The notes under the pieces are model-generated. The model worked only from the letters and a program-made list of their open reading frames with translations, had not been told where the DNA came from and searched no databases. Positions 19,832 to 29,083 of a stretch of DNA of 62,572 nt are shown here, one piece after another. The stretch comes from an uncultured virus (IMG/VR IMGVR_UViG_3300031555_005587) (taxonomy: Duplodnaviria > Heunggongvirae > Uroviricota > Caudoviricetes), in IMG/VR virus record IMGVR_UViG_3300031555_005587, positions 62,001 through 124,572 of that record. One strand, written 5' to 3'. The number at the start of each line of letters is the position of its first letter. Positions within the stretch are counted from its first letter, which is position 1. A program made the translations under genes and the position numbers.

Positions 19832-20326
19832 ATGATTATTTGTGGTTATCCATGTATTGGAAAAAGCTCCTGGGCTAAAAGTCAATCCATGATTACAGTA
19901 GACTTAGAGAGTTCATATTTTAAAATTCCTGGAAGAGATAACACAGGATGGGAAGAAAATTACTGTAAAATGGCGATTGAATTAGATACTCCACGTAATA
20001 AAGATGCAATCTTTATGTCAACACATCCAGAGGTAATTAATTATCTTATCAAAGAAGGAGTTGACTTCGTAATTGCATTTCCATCACTTAAGTTGAAAGA
20101 AGTATGGATTGAAAGATCATTGGAGAGATATGAAAAATCTGGACTTGAAAAGGATCTCAGGGCTCATGAAAGAATTCGTGACTATTTTGAAGTAGATACT
20201 CAAGCTCTGATGGGTATTCCAAATGTAAAAAAATATGTGATTGAAGATCCATTTTATTATGGAGCTACAGAATTCATTAATTCAGTAATTACTGAATGTT
20301 ATGATAAAAATAGTAAGGAGGACTAA
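19832..20326 (+). CDS. P-loop nucleotide-kinase-like protein
   Basis: N-terminal IICGYPCIGKS; VDLESS. Confidence 0.7.
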   Translation: MIICGYPCIGKSSWAKSQSMITVDLESSYFKIPGRDNTGWEENYCKMAIELDTPRNKDAIFMSTHPEVINYLIKEGVDFVIAFPSLKLKEVWIERSLERYEKSGLEKDLRAHERIRDYFEVDTQALMGIPNVKKYVIEDPFYYGATEFINSVITECYDKNSKED

Positions 20327-20329
20327 AAG

Positions 20330-20464
20330 ATGAATGTAATTATTAGAGGAATTGGTAAATTAGTTGTATCAACAATCACTGTGACTATCATTAGTGTAGG
20401 ATCTATCATTCTTACAGATGAAGCATTAAAAGTTATCAACAAACACAGATCCAAAAAGAATTAA
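20330..20464 (+). CDS. 44-aa hydrophobic peptide
   Basis: AAGGAGG RBS; MNVIIRGIGKLVVSTITVTIISVGSIIL... Confidence 0.6.
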   Translation: MNVIIRGIGKLVVSTITVTIISVGSIILTDEALKVINKHRSKKN

Positions 20465-20499
20465 AAGAAAGGCGGTCATCAACGACCGCCTTTCTTTTT
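20463..20499. terminator. Bidirectional terminator
   Basis: AAAGAAAGGCGGTC / GACCGCCTTTCTTT. Confidence 0.85.
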
Positions 20500-20506
20500 T
20501 GTAATG

Positions 20507-22774
20507 TTAACGACTAGTTACACCAGAAATAGCAACCCATCCAGGAGCTCTAAATCCATAACCAAATGAAGGATCGTTTTTATATGAAGTATTATATACA
20601 AACATTACACCTGTAGCTGCATTGATATATAATACCCTCCAAGTGATATCTACTTCAATAACTTCTGAAGTATCTGGATCAATCCTTATATCAGTAAATC
20701 TCCTATCTGGAGTAGGGTCAACTTGATCGATATGAAGATATGGGGTACAAACTGCATTTGGATTATTTGTACTCACAGCATCTGGATTTCTATTCATTCC
20801 ATCCATCAATAAATCCATCATGAATTTATAATAGTTATTGAAATTATTTGTATCTCCATTTGAGAATAATAATGCCTTGATATCTCCAGGTCGTTCAACA
20901 CCCATAGGACCTTGATCAACCCATTTGCCTGTAAACACTTGTACTCCATCCTGAATTACCCATGTAGGATTTTCAGTATTGATTACATATCTAAACAGGT
21001 GTACATGAGCACCTGCAGTTGCATTTCCACCATGTTCATATAAAGAAGTACCTGAAGTATTTTCAGATGGACTTGGGCCACCTCTACCAGAGTTAACTCC
21101 AGAGTATGCAGGTCCAGCAGCTGTTGATCTAATCCCAATTTTTCCACCCTGAGAATCAGTTAATTTATTATCGGACCATCTAGTACTATTATCAGATGCA
21201 ATAGTAGGAACTACATCTACATATGCATACAAATTATTCTTTAATTGTGTTGCACAGTTTGTAACAATGCCTTTAGATTTTATAGCCAATTTAGCACCAT
21301 ATCCAGTACTTGAAGTATTAATAAATTCAACACCAATTCCATTTGTAGAAGGATCTTGATCATATACATTATCATTTTTAGAAATATAATGACCAGATTG
21401 AATTTGACCATTTGATCCTACATTAGTAACTTCATATTCAAATGAATCGTCACCAAACGTCCATCTTAATATATCACCTACTTGATATCCTTGACCTGAA
21501 GATACAAGATAAATCTCTATTTCTGAAGATGGATATACAATATCAATTCTATTATATCTCCATTGATATAATTGAGACCTATCAAATTCATCTGTTTGAG
21601 ATAAATCCATATAAGGAACTGGTTCGTATCCTTCAATTGCAACTTCCATATTATTGGGATTCAATGCCATTGCCAAATAAGAATCTTTATAAGTTATTCT
21701 ATCAAACCAGTTAGGTGACCATCTACCATCCATGATATAGTAATTATTAGGTCTTCTAGCTCCTGGAGTTTGTGAGTTTGTTCTAGTAGTTTGTTTTTGA
21801 CCTACAAGATCCACCTTTTCTAATTCTTCTAATGAACGGAATACTCCAGGTACAAATCCTTCAGAATGGTATACACTGGAAAAGTTTACATTCTGATTAT
21901 AAGAATTAACAGCTTCTCCTTGACGTGTACTTCCTGCATCAGTTTGTGTATTTTGTTTTTTACCACCATCTGATTCTCCATATGAAGGAAGACCATTTAA
22001 ACCTGTAAATTGATTTTCAATATATTTTCCTTCTTTATCTTTAGATATTTCAGGATAAACAAAAGTTCTATCATCTAAGTTATCCACAATGAAACGGTTA
22101 GAATGAGAGAAATTATTGTCAGTATGTTTGTAATCTGGATCTGAAATAAAATTTAAATCATTTACGAGATGTGTGATTCTTGTTGGAATATCGCAAATAC
22201 GTGCTACAGATCTTTCTGGAATTTTATTAGATCTAGTTTCATTGTTCACATACGTAGGTTCATCATTGGATAAAAGATATACTCTACCATCGAATGGATC
22301 AAAAAGCATCATAGCCATTCTATTTTCTGTAGAATCGCTCATATCTTCATTTTCATCTAATCCATAACCAGATTTTCCTTTAATTTTAGCAAGTGCACCT
22401 AAAGTCACTCTATTTACAATATTCTTTTTAGATTCTTCACTAATAGATTTGTCCCATTTTTCAACATTATGAAGAAATCCATATACACCACTATCTACAT
22501 TGATACCAGCATATCCAGCAGATGCTCCATTATCGGCGAATGTATGAATTTCCATTCTTTGATAAAAACCTTCATTATGAACTTCTGCTGCATATTTGAA
22601 TAAACGAGTAGGATCAATATAGTCTACATCTTTATTGACCTTTAAATGCCATCTTAAACGTTCTTGTCGTAATAGTTGTCGTAAACCGTCTGGATCTAAA
22701 TATCTTAGTATCTCTTCAGGAACGACTTTTAATTCCTCTCCACTAGGGAGAATTGTTCTAGACATATAAGCCAC
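20507..22774 (-). CDS. Putative virion structural (tail-associated) protein
   Basis: 755 aa, G/S/T/N-rich and beta-rich, SGQGYQVGDIL motif, late-gene orientation; function not recognised. Confidence 0.5.
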   Translation of the reverse strand: MAYMSRTILPSGEELKVVPEEILRYLDPDGLRQLLRQERLRWHLKVNKDVDYIDPTRLFKYAAEVHNEGFYQRMEIHTFADNGASAGYAGINVDSGVYGFLHNVEKWDKSISEESKKNIVNRVTLGALAKIKGKSGYGLDENEDMSDSTENRMAMMLFDPFDGRVYLLSNDEPTYVNNETRSNKIPERSVARICDIPTRITHLVNDLNFISDPDYKHTDNNFSHSNRFIVDNLDDRTFVYPEISKDKEGKYIENQFTGLNGLPSYGESDGGKKQNTQTDAGSTRQGEAVNSYNQNVNFSSVYHSEGFVPGVFRSLEELEKVDLVGQKQTTRTNSQTPGARRPNNYYIMDGRWSPNWFDRITYKDSYLAMALNPNNMEVAIEGYEPVPYMDLSQTDEFDRSQLYQWRYNRIDIVYPSSEIEIYLVSSGQGYQVGDILRWTFGDDSFEYEVTNVGSNGQIQSGHYISKNDNVYDQDPSTNGIGVEFINTSSTGYGAKLAIKSKGIVTNCATQLKNNLYAYVDVVPTIASDNSTRWSDNKLTDSQGGKIGIRSTAAGPAYSGVNSGRGGPSPSENTSGTSLYEHGGNATAGAHVHLFRYVINTENPTWVIQDGVQVFTGKWVDQGPMGVERPGDIKALLFSNGDTNNFNNYYKFMMDLLMDGMNRNPDAVSTNNPNAVCTPYLHIDQVDPTPDRRFTDIRIDPDTSEVIEVDITWRVLYINAATGVMFVYNTSYKNDPSFGYGFRAPGWVAISGVTSR

Positions 22775-22874
22775 CTCCGTGAAAAATTATTTTATATTCA
22801 AAGTATTTCGAATTCTATTTATAAAGGCGGTTGCAATATAACATATATTCAAAATCGTTAAAAATAAGGAGAAT

Positions 22875-23141
22875 ATGAATATGGATGAAAATATACACTC
22901 AAGAGATTTAATTGAAAATTTAATACCAATTGAAGAAGTTATTAATGATATGATGCATGAAGATAGTAGTATTGCTAAAAGTGCTAGAAGATATTATTAT
23001 CGTTATTATGCAACACCTGAAGAACGTGAGAAAATGGATGCTGAAGATAGAACTTCTAGAAGATGGATGAGATTATTCCTATTTCTTTATGGAATGATAT
23101 TAGCTACAATAATTATATTTATTATAAAAAGATTTATTTAA
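22875..23141 (+). CDS. Small membrane protein
   Basis: C-terminal hydrophobic helix; RBS AAGGAG. Confidence 0.65.
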   Translation: MNMDENIHSRDLIENLIPIEEVINDMMHEDSSIAKSARRYYYRYYATPEEREKMDAEDRTSRRWMRLFLFLYGMILATIIIFIIKRFI

Positions 23142-23156
23142 AGAAAGGATGATACT

Positions 23157-23810
23157 ATGAAACTAGGAAAATTTATTGTAATCGAAGGAATGGATGGTGC
23201 TGGTAAAAGTACACAGGTAAAATTACTTCATGAAAAAATGAAAGAAAATGGAGTAAATATTTATGTAACTAGAGAAGCTTCTGATGGACCAATTGGAAAA
23301 TTACTACGAAGTGAATATTTAAGTGGTAAGAGACAATGTGATGAACATGTGCTGAATTATTTATATGCAGCTGATCGACTTGATCATTTTAGTAATAAAG
23401 AAGATGGAATGCTAAAATATATTGAAGAAGGAACTAACGTATTATGTGATAGATATTATCTTTCTTCCTTAGCTTATGATACCTATATGCACTGGGGAAC
23501 TAAAGAATATAGTAAACAAATGAATGATATCATCAACCGTAATATGTTAAATATTCAATTATTATCTCCAGATTTAACTATCTTTATTGATCTACCAGTA
23601 GAGGTATGCTTAGAGAGGTTACAGCGAAATAGAGATGAACTGAGTATCTATGAGACTAAAGATAAATTGGAGAAAATTAAATTGAGTTATATGGAATCAA
23701 TCAATATTCTTCAGAATCAATATGATCATAACATTTGTATCATTGATGGTAACAGATCAATTGATGAAATTTCATATCTAATTTGGGAGAAAGTTAAAGA
23801 ATTATTTTGA
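23157..23810 (+). CDS. tmk: Thymidylate kinase
   Basis: FIVIEGMDGAGKSTQ, LYAADR, LCDRYYLSSLAY, PDLTIFID. Confidence 0.95.
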   Translation: MKLGKFIVIEGMDGAGKSTQVKLLHEKMKENGVNIYVTREASDGPIGKLLRSEYLSGKRQCDEHVLNYLYAADRLDHFSNKEDGMLKYIEEGTNVLCDRYYLSSLAYDTYMHWGTKEYSKQMNDIINRNMLNIQLLSPDLTIFIDLPVEVCLERLQRNRDELSIYETKDKLEKIKLSYMESINILQNQYDHNICIIDGNRSIDEISYLIWEKVKELF

Positions 23811-23855
23811 TCTCTTCTAAATATTATCAAGCGATGAATAAAGGAGATCAATAAT

Positions 23856-24512
23856 ATGAAAATAACAATTGGTGAGTTGATAAATGAAGTCATGAAATAT
23901 AGTTCATCTGTTGAAATGATAATGAAAAATGGAATTCCTTATGTTCATGCATATATGAGTAATTCTAAAAATCATATCATGTCTTACTTAAATATAGCTC
24001 AAACAGATGAATTTATATATTATGCTATAGATGACATTAATGAAACATGTGGTGCACGATTTATTCCAAATGGAAGTACAAGTAAACCTTTCATTAGAGA
24101 ATTAGATAGAATTCATGAATTGTATGGAGGTATAGGTTTCATAGATGATTCATATACATTATCTGTCGAAAATGCTAATTATGAAGAATTTATGATATTC
24201 TTTATCAATCTTTTGATTGATAGAGAAGTTATTAAAGTTACTCCAAACATTATGAAATTAAAAATTGAAGATATTGGATTTCATAATGTTAAAATTCGTA
24301 GAATTATATCAAAAGTATTTAATGAAAGTAATATGAGAACAGGTACTATTCAAGATTTAATCTATTTAATTTTAGTATACAAAAAGAAATTCAATATTTC
24401 ATCATTAAGAAGTAAAGATATTCAATTTGTATATGATAAATTGAAAGATTATGGGATTATTTGTGAAATTAAAGATGGAATAATTAATGGAATCACATTT
24501 GAAAAACGTTAA
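23856..24512 (+). CDS. Hypothetical protein, C-terminus weakly RNAP alpha-CTD-like
   Basis: KIEDIGF...GTIQDLI...ISSLRSKDIQFVYDKLKDYG. Confidence 0.55.
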   Translation: MKITIGELINEVMKYSSSVEMIMKNGIPYVHAYMSNSKNHIMSYLNIAQTDEFIYYAIDDINETCGARFIPNGSTSKPFIRELDRIHELYGGIGFIDDSYTLSVENANYEEFMIFFINLLIDREVIKVTPNIMKLKIEDIGFHNVKIRRIISKVFNESNMRTGTIQDLIYLILVYKKKFNISSLRSKDIQFVYDKLKDYGIICEIKDGIINGITFEKR

Positions 24513-24535
24513 GAAGAAAAGGAGATGTAATTACA

Positions 24536-25591
24536 ATGAAAATGATTAATCAGAGTGTAGAGTTGATGACTAACATTCCTGAACCTACTGACAGAATGGG
24601 TGTATTAAAGTTCTTGGAGAAAATTGGTCGCACATGTTACAAGAGCGAAGATAAAATTACAAATGAATCATGTGTTAAGTTCATTGAAGGACTCAAGAAA
24701 CGTAAGCATTGGGCAATGCTAGAACACTATGTATTTGTATTTAGAGTACCTGGATGGATCTTCAATGATATGAAGAGTATGGATAAACTGGATTCTTCTC
24801 AATATGATCTTATTGAAAAAATGAATTATATCAGAATGAGCTATGAAGAAGTAGATGGTGAAATTGAATACTTTGTATCTGGATCTGCTACTGCTTTCAA
24901 TTACTTGTGGGAAACTAAATACTATAGACATAACCCTGCAAGTGGACTTGCTCATATTTGTACTTTCTTGAATTCTCGATATCCTGAACTTATGATGGTT
25001 CCTGAAAAAGATGAACAATGGGCATATGATCCAAGAATTGATTTTGTCGGTAGAGAAGAGATGTCTTATATGAGTGATCATGTGAGATTGATTCATGATA
25101 GCGTATCTGTGAAGTTTATTGTAGATCGTGGGGTATCGCACGAACTGGTGCGTCATAGACCTGCTTCATGGGCACAAGAATCTACTAGATACTGTAATTA
25201 TGGAAGTGATAAATATAATAGTGAGATCAACGTTATTCTTCCGAAATTCTTTGATACTGGTATGGGTGAACAAAGTAATTCTTTAGTGTTTGATGAATGG
25301 AAAGCAGCAAGTGAATCTTCTGAATATCATTATAATAAACTAATTGGTTATGGAGCAACACCTCAACAAGCAAGAACTGTTCTGAATAATTCTTTGAAAA
25401 CAGAAGTTTGGATGACTGCTCGTATGTATGAAATGAAACATTTCTTCAATATGAGAGTTGATAAACCTGCTCATCCTCAGATGAAAGAAGTTGCAGCACC
25501 TCTACTTCAACAGTGTATCGAGCATCATAACGATCTATTTAAAGATCAGGCTTGGAGATTGGAGGATAATTATGAGTTCTTGTCAGTTTAA
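24536..25591 (+). CDS. thyX: Flavin-dependent thymidylate synthase
   Basis: GRTCYKS, HWAMLEH, RGVSHELVRHR, QESTRY, AHPQM. Confidence 0.95.
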   Translation: MKMINQSVELMTNIPEPTDRMGVLKFLEKIGRTCYKSEDKITNESCVKFIEGLKKRKHWAMLEHYVFVFRVPGWIFNDMKSMDKLDSSQYDLIEKMNYIRMSYEEVDGEIEYFVSGSATAFNYLWETKYYRHNPASGLAHICTFLNSRYPELMMVPEKDEQWAYDPRIDFVGREEMSYMSDHVRLIHDSVSVKFIVDRGVSHELVRHRPASWAQESTRYCNYGSDKYNSEINVILPKFFDTGMGEQSNSLVFDEWKAASESSEYHYNKLIGYGATPQQARTVLNNSLKTEVWMTARMYEMKHFFNMRVDKPAHPQMKEVAAPLLQQCIEHHNDLFKDQAWRLEDNYEFLSV

Positions 25592-25841
25592 TGAACATGA
25601 AGAATTATCAGAAATGAAACCGGTAGTTGTTCGATATAAATGTGAATTCTGTAATGATGGAGAACAAGTACTTGTTAATGATAAACCTATAATTGTTCCA
25701 TTAGTTAATAGATCACAACCAATGAAATTACATCGATGCAATAAATGCGGTAAAGAAATGATGTTACCAAAAGTATATCCATTCATAACGTGGTTAAGTA
25801 TGGAAGAATATGAATCCGTGAAAGATAAAATTAAATCATAA
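25572..25841 (+). CDS. Zinc-ribbon protein
   Basis: Start moved to ATG 25572 (GGAGG RBS); CEFC...CNKC. Confidence 0.7.
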   Translation: MSSCQFNEHEELSEMKPVVVRYKCEFCNDGEQVLVNDKPIIVPLVNRSQPMKLHRCNKCGKEMMLPKVYPFITWLSMEEYESVKDKIKS

Positions 25842-25875
25842 TAAAAGTGGGAGTCACTTGACTCCCACTTTTATT
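25840..25875. terminator. Bidirectional terminator
   Basis: AATAAAAGTGGGAGTCA-CT-TGACTCCCACTTTTATT. Confidence 0.85.
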
Positions 25876-25877
25876 TT

Positions 25878-27671
25878 TTATGAACCATTTGCAACGTAAG
25901 GATTTGCCATATTTTCGATTCCCATAAGAGCATCATTCGCAACATCCTGTAAATATTCACCCTGTTCAAAGTATTGTTGTAAACCTTTAAACATAGCAAT
26001 TCTTTGTCTAGTATAAGTATCTACAGATGGTTGTAAACCTCCTAAATTAGCCATATAATCATTTAATGTTTCATTAAATAAAAATGAAGCTGGATCATTA
26101 GCAGGAGATATGGACATCGAATTATACAACTCTTGAATTGTAAAAGTAACTTTTACATCTAAAGGAAAACCATTAACAGATACATGTTTAGCAGATGGAT
26201 TTTTAACTATCTGCATACTTGATATAATACCTAACTGACAAGTACACATACCAGGAATGAATGCTTGTACTAAGAATGGTGAAGTTATACTATTTGCTGT
26301 AACCATTCTAGGAGATGCTAATGCAATTAGATGCATTAATGGAACTATGATGTTCATATAATAATTATACACATCTCCATATGGAGTAGATAAATTTACT
26401 GTAAAAGTGTAATTCATTTCACTATTAGATGATTTATAAATTTTTGGATATATCATCTTTTGACCTTTTACAGATTGAAGAGCTCCATGGAACAGATTTG
26501 ATGTAAAACCACCAGCAATAGGTTCTACTAAACCATTTATAAAGTTAGCAGCTGTAGAAACTGTATCTCCAAGAAAATCTGTCATTCCTTCTACCAAACC
26601 AAGATCAACATTGGATCCTGTAATAAAAGCAATTTCTTGACCAATAGAACTATTAATCGCATCAATTGTTGATTCAATAACAGATGGTTCTGCAGAGTTA
26701 GTTAAACTTTCTTCAAATTGTACAGGTTCTACCATAAATAATACAGAACAAATTTTATCAGATAATATATCAATTACAGCAGTATCTGAAGCTGTTGAGA
26801 AGTTACTTGAAGCATTTTCACCAATATTTGAAACAGCTGTAGATGCATTTCCTTGTATTACACCTAAGAGATCTTCAGATCCACCTCTACCAGAAAATGT
26901 ACCTGCAACTGCACTAGCGGCAGCTGATGCGGAATTCCCAATAGCATTTAAACTTTCTTTAATAGAATTTGCAGCTGTTTTTACAGAAGCACCTATTAAT
27001 GTAGAACTACCAATAGCATTCAAATTATCAATAGGACTTGGTGTTGCTCGTCCAGCTAACATTCGGTAATTTTCCCATTTCATAGTTTCAAACTTTTGTA
27101 ATGTGGCATATCCATTATTACCATTTGCATAGGTATAAGTACTATATCCATTGACATTTGTTGTGAGGTTTAAAAAAGTTGCCATTGATCTACACATATA
27201 GTTTACATGTGACATATAACTGTGATAAGTTTCTCTAAACCCAAACATTCTTTTTTGTAATTTGGAACCTTTTGAAAATACTGTACCACTTGCAAGCTCA
27301 GTTAACAATGATTCAACAAATCCCATTCCTTGTTGAGTTCCAACATAGATATCTCTAATACTGTTAGCTAAACTTTCACTATCTGTACCACCAGTATATT
27401 TTGGCATACCTGGCTTAATATGAAGAATAGGGCTGTTCAAAATAAAGTTACGTAAATATTCATTACCAACATGAATGTTTACATCTTCGAATCTTCTATC
27501 TACAGAATCTATCAATTGAAATGGTGCTCCAAATATTCTATTTGTATATTGATCAATATAAACAGTACCGGAGTTAATCCCTGATCCTTTCTCAGGATGT
27601 TGAGATTGGATACCGTCTAGATCAGCTAACTCTTGAGCTAAGATACTTGTTAAACTTCCCATATGATTCAC
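25878..27671 (-). CDS. Putative baseplate/tail-tube-initiator-like structural protein
   Basis: IYPKIY...YTFTVNL...SPFLVQ...LGIISSMQI...FPLDVKVTFTIQEL resembles myophage tube-associated baseplate proteins; context supports this. Confidence 0.5.
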   Translation of the reverse strand: MNHMGSLTSILAQELADLDGIQSQHPEKGSGINSGTVYIDQYTNRIFGAPFQLIDSVDRRFEDVNIHVGNEYLRNFILNSPILHIKPGMPKYTGGTDSESLANSIRDIYVGTQQGMGFVESLLTELASGTVFSKGSKLQKRMFGFRETYHSYMSHVNYMCRSMATFLNLTTNVNGYSTYTYANGNNGYATLQKFETMKWENYRMLAGRATPSPIDNLNAIGSSTLIGASVKTAANSIKESLNAIGNSASAAASAVAGTFSGRGGSEDLLGVIQGNASTAVSNIGENASSNFSTASDTAVIDILSDKICSVLFMVEPVQFEESLTNSAEPSVIESTIDAINSSIGQEIAFITGSNVDLGLVEGMTDFLGDTVSTAANFINGLVEPIAGGFTSNLFHGALQSVKGQKMIYPKIYKSSNSEMNYTFTVNLSTPYGDVYNYYMNIIVPLMHLIALASPRMVTANSITSPFLVQAFIPGMCTCQLGIISSMQIVKNPSAKHVSVNGFPLDVKVTFTIQELYNSMSISPANDPASFLFNETLNDYMANLGGLQPSVDTYTRQRIAMFKGLQQYFEQGEYLQDVANDALMGIENMANPYVANGS

Positions 27672-27795
27672 ATCCTTTCGTTATTTAAACATTTTAACAG
27701 AATAGTTTATAAAGTATATTAAACTGATATACAGATATATTATTCTATTAGAATAAGAAATTATTCTAAATATATTTCATTGGAGGTAATTTGAA

Positions 27796-28089
27796 ATGAT
27801 TACTAGGAAGGAACTTTGTAAGTTGATTTTGAAACATAAACTCAATGTTGTTGAGAGTGTTATTAACGATGATGTTATGAAAGAAATCATCAAGAAACGT
27901 GGTGGTGATGAGCTTGTTTATGAATCATCCGTACTTGGGATTTGCATGGATGAACTTGGTCTGATTGACGATCCACAATGTCAGGAATATATTAACTCAC
28001 GAGCAGGTGTTCTGATGTTTAATCCTTATATGGATGGACAGTGTGATATGTTGACATTACGTGATCTGCTGGATTCAATGAAAGAATAA
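27796..28089 (+). CDS. Hypothetical protein (stand-alone early-type unit)
   Basis: TATATTAT upstream, GGAGG RBS, own terminator. Confidence 0.7.
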   Translation: MITRKELCKLILKHKLNVVESVINDDVMKEIIKKRGGDELVYESSVLGICMDELGLIDDPQCQEYINSRAGVLMFNPYMDGQCDMLTLRDLLDSMKE

Positions 28090-28129
28090 AATAAAAGAGG
28101 AGGGAAATTTCCCTCCTCTTTTATTTTAT
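28086..28129. terminator. Bidirectional terminator, perfect 44-bp palindrome
   Basis: ATAAAATAAAAGAGGAGGGAAA|TTTCCCTCCTCTTTTATTTTAT. Confidence 0.85.
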
Positions 28130-28130
28130 A

Positions 28131-29030
28131 TTAAAACTTAGAAATTACAGATTCATTGATCAATACACCTTTGTTATATCTAATCATAGAAACGAATTCT
28201 TTGAATTCCCCAGCTTTCTGATTAAATACAACATCGAACTGATGAAGAGTAGCTTCTCTAATAGCTAAACCAATCATTTCTTCCTGCTGTTTATGAGTTA
28301 AAGTTTTATTCTCTTTCATCAGATGTTTATTGAGATAATTCATACCAACTGCAACAGCGGATTCCTGAGCAACTTCTTGATCTACGGGTGGTTCAGTATT
28401 GAATGTCATATCCTGCTCTTCTTTTTTATTATTGATGATTTCAGAAACATCAGCAACAATTTTGTCGATAGTCTTTTTCTTTAATACATCAATAAATGTT
28501 TCATATTCCATATCATTTTTAATATCTACAAGCTGACCTGAAACTTCTTCATCTGTTGTTTCTGCTTCTTTAGGTTCAGCTACAGGAATATCATTTTCTT
28601 GTGCTTGTTTTAATTCTTCTTCAGCCTCTTCCATATATGTTTTACCAATATTATCAGCTGAACGAAGAATAAACTCAAGTAGAGGAGCTTTAGTAGCTTC
28701 AGAACAGCTCATCAAGTATTGAGTAGCATTCATACCCTTCTTATCAAGCATTGCATCAATATCAGAAGTCATCTGACCCTGATGTCCATCTACATAATCT
28801 TTATCTAAAGGAATAATCTTACAATAGATATCCAATAGAATGTGTTTGCAGCATTTGTCTTTTAAGTTATCTCTACACTTTGCAGCTTTATGGCGATATG
28901 CTAATTCACCAGGTGACTGATCAAGTCCTCCAGGAGCTCTTGTAACATTCATAGGTTTAGATACCATATCTGGTTTAGCAAGATCATCTTTAAGTGCATC
29001 ATAGAATGAAGTTAGAGAATTATGTTCCAT
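28131..29030 (-). CDS. Putative head/core protein
   Basis: Acidic and helical; YMEEA, AQESA, INES motifs; late-type motif upstream. Confidence 0.55.
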   Translation of the reverse strand: MEHNSLTSFYDALKDDLAKPDMVSKPMNVTRAPGGLDQSPGELAYRHKAAKCRDNLKDKCCKHILLDIYCKIIPLDKDYVDGHQGQMTSDIDAMLDKKGMNATQYLMSCSEATKAPLLEFILRSADNIGKTYMEEAEEELKQAQENDIPVAEPKEAETTDEEVSGQLVDIKNDMEYETFIDVLKKKTIDKIVADVSEIINNKKEEQDMTFNTEPPVDQEVAQESAVAVGMNYLNKHLMKENKTLTHKQQEEMIGLAIREATLHQFDVVFNQKAGEFKEFVSMIRYNKGVLINESVISKF

Positions 29031-29083
29031 AAATTACACCTCTTTCATTTATATTTCTTTTTAAAGTTACTAACTTGGTTGCA

